DNA of 19,199 bases from Paraspadella gotoi (taxonomy: Eukaryota > Animalia > Chaetognatha): assembly GCA_051294375.1 (NCBI GenBank), contig CM119271.1, positions 3,974,113 to 3,993,311 of the forward strand, written 5' to 3'. Both the position numbers and the translations under genes were made by a program. The number at the start of each line of letters is the position of its first letter. Positions within the stretch are counted from its first letter, which is position 1. Below, one piece after another: positions 1 through 9,766 of this stretch. The notes below the pieces were generated by a model, which ran no database searches, was not told the origin of the DNA, and saw nothing but the letters and a program-made list of their open reading frames with translations.

Positions 1-141
1 CTCCTGCACCTGTAACCGCCTGAGTTCGTCGTCCTTCGCCTCCAACTCTCTCGACAGGTGCGCGAGACGCCGCCGGAACTCGGCCTTGACGCGACGCAGC
101 CTGTCCACCTCTTGTCGCATCTTGGTGACTTTGCTTTGCAT
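1..141 (-). CDS. ERC1: ELKS exon (MQSKVTKMRQEVDRLRRVKAEFRRRLAHLSRELEAKDDELRRLQVQE), continues off window
   Basis: Open coiled-coil frame. The 5' boundary is uncertain (CCCCCAAG|ATG, or inside the N gap at 160-323). Confidence 0.7.
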   Translation of the reverse strand, partial: MQSKVTKMRQEVDRLRRVKAEFRRRLAHLSRELEAKDDELRRLQVQE

Positions 142-3100
142 CTTGGGGGAAATTTGAGGNNNNNNNNNNNNNNNNNNNNNNNNNNNNNNNNNNNNNNNNN
201 NNNNNNNNNNNNNNNNNNNNNNNNNNNNNNNNNNNNNNNNNNNNNNNNNNNNNNNNNNNNNNNNNNNNNNNNNNNNNNNNNNNNNNNNNNNNNNNNNNNN
301 NNNNNNNNNNNNNNNNNNNNNNNGAGAGATAAAGACAGAGAGAGAGAGAATAGACAATATTGATTAATCGCGAATTAAGGCAACTTAAAAATATTTACAA
401 AATTTAATTTGCTTTGAATCTCAACTAGAAACAAAAGTGTGTCTCACATCTCACTCCATTAAATGCTGATTTACTGCTGATTTACTCAAAATATCTCATT
501 GATCGGTTGAACAAACATCATTAAACCTCTCCAACGGACAGTTCACACGGATTCGCTCCTTTTTTGGTATTTTCCAAACCCAACAAGAAAAGAGAGTGAA
601 TAGAAGTGTCAACTCCGGCACGCCCACCTATTCCTGTCTCCGCACCGTCACCCGCGCCGCTCGACGATCCGCCGCCCGCGGCTGCAACAGCCGCCGCCGC
701 CGCCGCCACGGCCTCGCCCTTCTTGGGGCTGTAGAGCATCTCTCTGAGGCCCCTGACGACGCGGTCCCGGTGCCGCTTCTCCGCGTCGAGGCTGCGGCAG
801 CAGCGGTTCAGCTTCGCAGCCTCCACCTTCAGCTTCCGGAGGCTTTCCCACTGAAGAAAAATATGGGAAGGACAAAGAAAGGCTTGTAAGAAATTTATTG
901 TTATTAATTGTTATTATATTTATGAATTGTTGTAAGCCGATGCTAGTGAGTTCCGTTGTTTAAAATTTATATAAAATAATTTAATATAGGATTAAAAACG
1001 TCGAATTTGGGTTCAAGTGCAGTTTTTTTTTATTGAAAACTAATATTTAGATCTTATTTGTCAGATCATCGTTCAGGGTAGTTTTACTAAATTCGACGTT
1101 TTTAATCAATATTTAAACTGTGCACGCGATGACTCTACAAACTAATTTTACATACATGAATATGACCAGTACAAAAATATTCATTCAATAAACAAGCTCT
1201 CCTGACTCCTGAGTATAGTGGGTTAATATGCCTTTATTCATCTCGCTGGACTAAACTAAACTAAACTAAACTAAACTAAACTCTGAACGCTTTTAATACT
1301 CTCCTACATTCTAGTTCATTTACCTTTAGGGTTGTGAAATAAAATTCTAAATCTAAGGAAGAATCTCTTTCATCTTCATGTTCTCTATCTAAAACTGTTC
1401 CTTAATCACGAAAACAAGGAATTTTTCATGCATACTATGTTAAAAATATTATTAATAAACGATTTCATTGAATTATATTTTAAAAACTAATTTACCTGGG
1501 TTCCCAACTGCGACTCCAAATCGCTCACTTTTTCCCTCAGTTGTTTCTCCTTCGCCGTTTCTTCTTTCTCGTTTTCTTTGTTTTCTTTGTTTTCTTTGTT
1601 TTCTTTGTTCTCCGCGTCGGCCATTTGTTGACTCTCCAGCCTTTGACGGAGCGAGACCATTTTGTCTTTTTCCTGGAAATTAAAAAAATCCAAAAAAAGA
1701 TAAAATTATCCATCCATTTAATAAATAAGCTATCTTGACCCTGACTTTGGGCAGACTTGGGTGGTTTAAGGCCTTCATCACACTTACAAGATAATGACAT
1801 AGCAGGTCCCTGCGAGCTTTCAATCAAGATTCTCTCAAGTCTCGTTTATTTACTTCCCCATCAATAATAAGGAATAGTATCTAAAAGAAGACGACTCCTT
1901 TAAAATTATGATAAAATTAAATTGCGTAGATACAATTAAATGAGCTAAAAATGTTTCTGACCCCGTTAATCGTTATCATTATCATTAATCGTTAATCATT
2001 ATCATTAATCGTTATCATTATCATTAATTGTTAATCATTGTAGTCGGGCATTGCCTAGGTTAATCGTTAATCGTTATCATTATCGTTAATCATTATCATT
2101 ATAATTATCATTATCATTATCATTATCATTAATCGTTATTCGTTATCATTTCCACCTTTGTCCAGAGCTGGAACAAAATTAAGGAGCAACGACAACAGCT
2201 AATCTTTGTATAACGACGACAACAACATCAAAAACAACAACAACAAAAAAACAAGAACAACAACAACAACAAAAAAACCCCTCTCACCTGATGAAACCTC
2301 TCCAGCCTGAGATCCAACTGCTGAAGATGCTCCTCGAACTGCGTGATCTTGGCGTCTTTGACGATGACCATTTGCCGCAACTCGTTGCTGCCCTTCTTCA
2401 GCACCCGAAGCTCCAAATCAGCGTCCTCCAACTTCCTCTCCAATTTCTCGGGCTGTTGGTTGCATTCGAGAGTTCGGAGCCGGCCGCTGAATCCAAGCGG
2501 AGATGATCCAAAGAATCAAGGATGTTATAAATTAAATTAAATTAATAACTAAATAAATTAATAAATTATTAATTAAATTAATAAATAAGTGAATAAATAA
2601 ATAAATCAGGTTATCGATAGATCAATCAATCAAATAATTTATCGACCAATCAATCAATCAATCATTGTATCCTTTTAACCATCCATCCATCAATCAATAA
2701 ATCAATCTATCAATCATTAAATCAATTAATTAATCAATCAATTAATCAATCTATCAATCAATAAATCAATTATTCAATCAATCAATCAATCCATCAAACC
2801 ATCAATCAATCCATCGAACAAAAACTCCAAAATAATCTCACCTCATATATTTCTCGAATGTCTCTTTTTCTTGCTTCATCATCGCCAGGATTCTTTCTTT
2901 GTCTCTCAATTCTTCCCTCAAATACCAAAGAGCGGAATCCGTGGAGATGTTTTCTCCTTGATTCTTCAACGTCTCCATCAGCTTATTCTTGTCCTGCAAT
3001 AATAGTTAATTTATAATTAATAACAATGATTAATAAATTTACTAATGGCGGCAATAAATTGCGAAGATTCCCTGAGACAGTTTTTGACCAAAAATTTGCC

Positions 3101-6100
3101 GGCAATGCAGTCAGATGGAATACATTCATTGCACGATTCATTGCAGCCGAGTCTTACTTGCAAAGAATCCTCCATATTTTCTATTCTTCGCTGCAAAACG
3201 TTGATCTTTCGTTCCTAAAAAAACAAAAGACATCATCGTTTGATTTCACGCTATAGCAGAATAGGTTATAAATTTTATAATTGTAAACAATCCTTTGGAA
3301 CCTTGATGTCGTTCGACGTCCGGAATCCGCTGACTTCCGATTCCAAGAGAGACGTTTCCTAATTCGTTGATGCTCATTGCGATTTGATTCAGCAAAACGT
3401 CTTTTTTCCTATCGAGACCAACAACAACAACAAAAAAAACATGAACGGTGATTCCAACGTGTTCACGAGTATTTCTTTTTGATCACGTGATATGACATGA
3501 CTAAAAAACTTGTATTGCATCGAAATTCCGTCTTTTATTCCTCATAGTTTTAGGATTTCCTGAAGTCCCTTAGATTTGAGGTTTTTTTTCTGTGTTAACA
3601 AATGAGCAAATTATGCGAATTATATGCATTTTTAGCGTAAGTGGGACAGACCGACCGACAGACAGACGGACTACAGACAGGCCGACAGANNNNNNNNNNC
3701 CGACCGACAGACAGAACGACTACAGACAGGCCGACAGACCGACCGAAAAGTGACTTTTAGAGTACCTCCGCGAGTAGTCGCGGGGCAACTAAAAATCAAT
3801 TTGTTGATCGCTATATAAATGATTCAAAAACGTAAAATTGATGCTCGAGTTAAATTCGATGATAAAGTGCTAAAACAAAATAGAATAAATCGTGTTCTTC
3901 GGTCGCTTGAAAATCATCGCCCGGTTAGCTCAGTCGGTAGAGCACAGGACTCTTAATCCTGGGGTCGTGGGTTCGAGCCCCACATTGGGCGCGATGATTC
4001 TTTTTCTTGAATTTACAAACTCGGCAACTTACAGACGTTGATATAGAAATTGGACACGAAATATTGATAAATATCGAGTTTTTTTTTGTTACAATCTTCA
4101 AATAAAAACCCTCAACATGAAACCCACCCATTCCTTACCTTAAGCCTTCCCCTGATCTCCTCGGACTCGGCGTAGAGCGACGCGGTGTGTTGATCCTTGG
4201 TGTTGACGGTCTCCTTCAACACCTCCACGTAGGAAGACAAATCCGAGATCTGCTTCTCGAACATCTCAAGTTGCTCCTCCAGGCACGTCGCTCGGTCGCG
4301 CTGCAGTGGGAGGGAAAGGGTGATAATTTTTTTTTTCTTCATCTAACCCGCAAGTTCATTATGTCTAATTGTCTATCTGTTTAAGTACTTTCTTTCTGTT
4401 TCCGCCTGTCTGTCTGTCATCAACCTGTCCTTTAAGTACATGTCTTTTCTTTCTTCTCGCCGATCTTTATATTTTGTTCCTTCATTCCTTTATATATAAT
4501 TATATATATATATGTATTTATTTATTTACGACAGAGATTTAACATTTATTAATATTTATTGAATATTCTTTATTCATTGAATATCTCTGTCGTCCTCTCC
4601 CGTCTCCAAAACCAACCTTCATCTTCAAACCCGTCTTCAGCTCCTCGTGCCGCTCCCGCAGCACCGACTCCTGATCCTGCAGCTGCTCCAGACACTTGAG
4701 GTTCCACGAGTCCTCGACGAGGTCGGGAATGACGCCGACGAGGGAGGCGTGGCGCGTGTCCATCCGGGACATGACCCCGCTGGCCACGCTGCGGGCGTAC
4801 ACCTTTAGTCTGGTAAGTTAGAGAAAGGGGTTGAGGTGAGTCTCGATCGACTGAAGATTTGTATTTAACGATGGGTCAAAAAAAATAGGTGACGTAATTT
4901 TGGTATCTCGAGAATTGGTACTGTGAATAATTAGAATCCAAAAAAATTGGATAAGGTGCTAATTCATTTAATCCCCAGGGCCAGATATGAATTCGGTCTA
5001 AAATAATTTAATTATCATTCCTGGTTTACAAACCGCAAATTTCTGAATTGGCGTTATTAAAATTCAATATTTTTGAAATATTCACCACGACAACTTCACA
5101 AAAATCTCCAAACTCAAAGCAACCCTTTGGCCTATGGCCTTTGGCTTTGCCCCCGACCTGTAAAGTTGCATTCTCAAGGTTTTGTATGTGATGTTCCAAC
5201 ATCCGAGTTGCCCTTCCTTCTCTTCGATTTCCGCTTGGAGCCGGGAGGCCTCGGGGAGCTCACGTTGACCTGGTTGGAAGGACGTTGAAAAAGCTAGGTA
5301 ACGTCGATAATTAGCTCTCATTGTTACAAACTTCGTCCTCTAACCTTTTCCCAAACGATTTGATGATCTTGTCTCAATTCCTCCAACTTTTGGCTGCTGC
5401 TCTCAGTTCCTTTTTCAGTTCCCCGATCTCTTTTCACCTGAAAAGAAATTATTATTTAATTAACTAAATATTTATTATTTATTACGATTTTATCATTAAT
5501 TATTTATTTTTAATTATCAAATAATAAATCAATGATTCAATGAGTAAATAAAATTCAATGAATAAAGAAGGAATTAATGATATAAAAATGAATTAACTAA
5601 TGAAAAATTGGCCCGAATGATTTAATCAATGAAGAAAAAATGAACGAAGGAATGAATTAAATATGGAATTGATATAGCAGGGTGGTGTATTAACTAATTA
5701 AAGCTAATTAATTAATTAAATACTCAATAGACGATTCAAACGAATCACCGTCGGAAAGAACGAATCGATAAACCCCCCTCTCCCCCCCCCAAAAAAAAGA
5801 AAGCCAACCTTGACGATCAACTCGGCTCGAGCTTGTTCTCGCCGCCTCCGTCGTTTCCACGGAGACGCGCAACCTCTCCACGCCACGACCTCTCATCCAG
5901 CTCTCCTCGTTCTCCTTCTCTCTCTCCTCTCTCCTTCTTTCCTTCCTCCTTTCTTCCTCTTCTTTCTTCTTTCCATCTTTGTCTTCTCGAAGCGTCTCCG
6001 AAATTTCGTTCATCGTTGTCAGCATTTCGTCACGGACCTGGAGAGTGAGAGAGGGAGCGAGATTGGTTGATCGTTTTGATTTAACTTATCGTCCCAGCGA

Positions 6101-9100
6101 GAGAGAGAGGTAAAGAAGAATAAGAGAAAGAAAAAGAAAACGTGGAAGGACGACCGACCTGCAGAACGACATCCCCTTGGCGGCTTTCATCTTGGCGGCT
6201 TCGATGTCGTTCTTCACTCTTATCTTAGAGGCGTCCACTTCGGCGAGACGAGACTCCAGTTCCTCGATTACCTGGAGAAATCCGAGCCGGAATCAAAGGA
6301 TGGATTTATTTTTTTAAATTAAGATCGGGGACACGGTTTATTTATTGGCAACGACGATTTATTTTAATGTGAGACGAACGCGATTCGGCTCTTATGTTGC
6401 AAAATTTCGCGCTGATGAAGGCTCGAACATGGAGCCGAAACATGTCCGTCTATGGTGGACTAAAATCACACCAACCGTTCATCAGCGGCCATTGGTGCCG
6501 GAGGCAAGTCATTCGCCTCCCAACCCAAAGGTCCGGGGTTCTAGCCCGTTGGCCGCCTGGCAGTTAAGAGGGACGGGGCGCTTAACCCGCCTGTAACACG
6601 GTGTTACAGCCTGATCCGAAGCTCAGGGACTATTTATATTGAACGGTTCTGTCACTAACACGTAACAATAATTACTGACTCTTCACGTCTTCATTAAAGT
6701 AAATGGTTGTTGCCAATAAATAAACAAAAAAGAAAGGATTTTCTCGTCATAAAACTAGATCATAACATGTTACTATAAATAAACATTAAAGAAGATTATC
6801 CCTTAATGAAGTTTAGCAATCACTTTACTAACGTAGAAGGCGATAGTAAATGTAAATAAATCATCTGGAAATTTGAGAAAAAACAATTAATCAAAATTGT
6901 TTTCGTTTCTCCCACCAATAATTCCTGACATACCTTCAACTCTTCAACCTCCAGCGCTTCGTTCGCCCTCATCTCCTCCTCCAGTCTCTCCACTTCCAAC
7001 AGCTTGAGTTCAATTTCCGCCTGAAACAAAACAATTTTATTATTAATTATTAATTATTTATAGATTACGCGGACCCAAATAAAAGTTCCCTACCGACCGT
7101 GTAATTTTTGAATGACGATTGATTTATTCGTGGGCGAATGATAGTATGAAACTTTTAAAGCAACGGATCAAAATTAAATACTTAAAAATAATCACGCGAC
7201 GACATGCAAATGAGATTAAGGCACTCGAATCTTCCCAACCTGTTTCTCCTTGTATTCTAAATTGACTCCCTCTTCAATGTCCAAATCCCTGAGGAGCGAC
7301 TTGACGCTTTTAAGGTCGTCCTTTCGCGCCGCTCGCTCCTTCTTCAGCTCCGGCGACCAAAAGGTTTTGATGCTGGAGTTTTTGTCCGAGAGGCGAGTCT
7401 TGACGATCTCCAGTTGGCGGCGAATCGATGATCCCTCGCGCTGCTGGTCGATGATTTGCTTCTGAAGATCGAGCATGTAACTGTAGGAGAGAGAGAGGTC
7501 AGGTGGACCGCGAAATAAAGTGACCATTGCTGGGGGAAACTTTGAAATCTTTGGTTCTTCCAAGACTCTCAGACTCTCACCGCCCGCTCTCTGTGCTGCT
7601 CCTGTTGGCTAGAAATTCGGCGGAACCTTCCGAAGCGACTCCTTTGAGGCTTTGGCTCGCTCCAGCCGACGTCGTCGCGGGGGTAGCGATGGCACCAGCG
7701 ACCTCGGAGTTATCGACTGCGGATCTGTTTGAATAGTAATTTAGTATATCAGGGAAATACATATTTGGTTTTTGAATTAGAAAAAAAAAAATAAGAAGAA
7801 CAAAAAATGTAGTGTGTAATTAAATATCAAAAATATTTTTGATTATATTTGTTAACTTTTCAAGTATATTAAATAACAATATCGTTGACTATTAAACGTC
7901 GTTTTCTTTCCCTCGGCGCATGATGGCACCTGTCATCGTCGAGAGACTCTCTGCACCTGGAGACGTTCGTCAAGGACCTGGCGGAGCGGAGGTTGTTGAA
8001 GGATCTGGAGGAAGTCGGTTGCTGAACGCAGTAGCCTGGAGGTTGGAAGAGGGGCGTCGAAATAGTAACGCTGAGTCTCGTGCTCGGTAATTTATGTACT
8101 ATAACTATTAACTATTATAACTAATCCATGAGTATTTTCGCACCCAATTGTCAAAAACACCAATACGGGAACAGCCTTTAGAACGTAAGAAACTATTTAA
8201 AGACGTGATTCATATCTATTATCGAGACGAAAAACGACAAACTACAACGACGACAACAAGGACGACAACAACAACGACGATACAACGACAACAACGACAA
8301 CGAGGATCGTAACTTACCCGCGGAATCGTCGTCTCCGTCCTCCATGCTCCGCGCAGAGAGACGTCGCAAGGCCGTCATCTCTTTCTCCACGGAAAAGTTT
8401 CGGGCGAGAGTAAAGTGTTTGGGCGAGGAAATCGCCAGGGCAGAGTTGGGGTCAAGATGGAATCTGAGCATGGCGGGGGGGGAGGGGGAAATGGGGGAGA
8501 AATCGGATGGAATTCGATGGAATTTTGGAGAGAGAAGATATATATCCAATGGACATTGATTGTTATTAGTAAATGATAATATTAGTCAATCTTATCTTGA
8601 TTATAAATTCATACTAAAGGACTAATTTTGATTAAATTAAGTTAAAAAATTAATAATTAATAATAAGTTAACTAATTTAACTAATTTAACTAAATTAACT
8701 AGATTAATTAATTCAACTAAATATACTAATCTAACTAATTTAACTAATTAAATTGATTTAACTGTAGTTCAACCTGGCGCCGCAAATGGTGGGTCGGGAG
8801 ATCTTCGAAGGAGCCGTCGGGGTCTTCGACGCGGGCGGCGGGGCCTCGGCCTTATCGGCGTCGTTGTCGGCCCCGTCGTCGGCCAAGGAGGTGTCGGCCA
8901 AGTTGTCGGGCAAGGATGCGTCGAAAAAGTTAAAGGCTTCGAGGTCGACGTCCGCGTCGGCGGAGGCAAAGGCCTCGTCGAATGGGTTGGCAAGGAAAGG
9001 GTTGACGGAACGGAGGCCCTAGAGATTATGGCGGGAATTTTTGAAAAATTTTAAAGCGTCAAAATGTTTAATAATTTACATGCAATGCAATTTTTTTTTT

Positions 9101-9708
9101 TTAAGAAAGAACTTTTGAAATTTTTGAGTATCGACCTTGTCACTTTCGTCCTTATTATCGCTATCACAATTATAATTACTAATCTGCAAAAAAAAAAAAA
9201 AATTGGTGTCCTTTGTTTTGAAAAGTCTGATCGAGGCTCTATTTACTCATATGCATTATTTTTCATTCATTTTTTCTCTATTCATTAATTTCTCTACAAA
9301 CTACTTTTTTGAAGGTTTATTTTTAATTATTTTAATTTTCGGGTTTCGAACAATAATAAAAGGGCAGTACCGTAAATTGTCCGTACTTGGTACTTTCAAT
9401 GTCAACCGATCAACTCACGTCGAAAAACGGATTCGTCGAGTAAAGAATTTCATCGTCTTCTTCGTTTCCCGCAGCTGCGGCTGGGGCGCCGGCTGCGGCG
9501 CCTGCGGCTCCGGACGGCCGCCGGCGCCTCGTGGGCGAAGGGGAGGTGGCGGAGTGGGCGGAGGAGCCGTTGGAAGGGCGGCGACGACGGGGGGACGGAG
9601 TCGAGGAGCGGGTCGCTGGAGTGAAAAAAAATTCATAAATCAATAAATAAGTAATATAAGAACATAAGTAACATAAGAACGAGAGCAGGGATGAGAGAGA
9701 GAGAGGAG

Positions 9709-9766
<58 letters not shown>

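Larger units (their letters stand above)
6336..6725. mobile_element. non-autonomous inverted-repeat element, probably a Penelope-like pLTR remnant, with nested insert
   Basis: 6336-6376 (GTTTATTTATTGGCAACGACGATTTATTTTAATGTGAGACG) is the imperfect reverse complement of 6686-6725 (first 17 nt identical). 6372-6398 is an imperfect reverse complement of the hammerhead 3' half (6426-6451). Confidence 0.65.

Noticed and set aside
1743-1790. Box C/D snoRNA or SECIS element starting at GTGATGA (minus)
   Set aside because: No downstream CTGA D box and no SECIS helix complementarity.
3651-3740. ~39-bp direct repeat on either side of the 10-N gap
   Set aside because: Probably an unmerged contig overlap in a microsatellite-like array; not a CRISPR or meaningful repeat.
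6438-6485. Second hammerhead on the minus strand starting at CTGATGA (6479-85)
   Set aside because: It has GACA instead of GAAA and a poor stem II closure, so the core is incomplete.
6485-6557. Functional tRNA-Gly(CCC) or HDV-like ribozyme
   Set aside because: The anticodon stem does not pair and the T arm is imperfect. I could not build the nested double pseudoknot of an HDV-like ribozyme.
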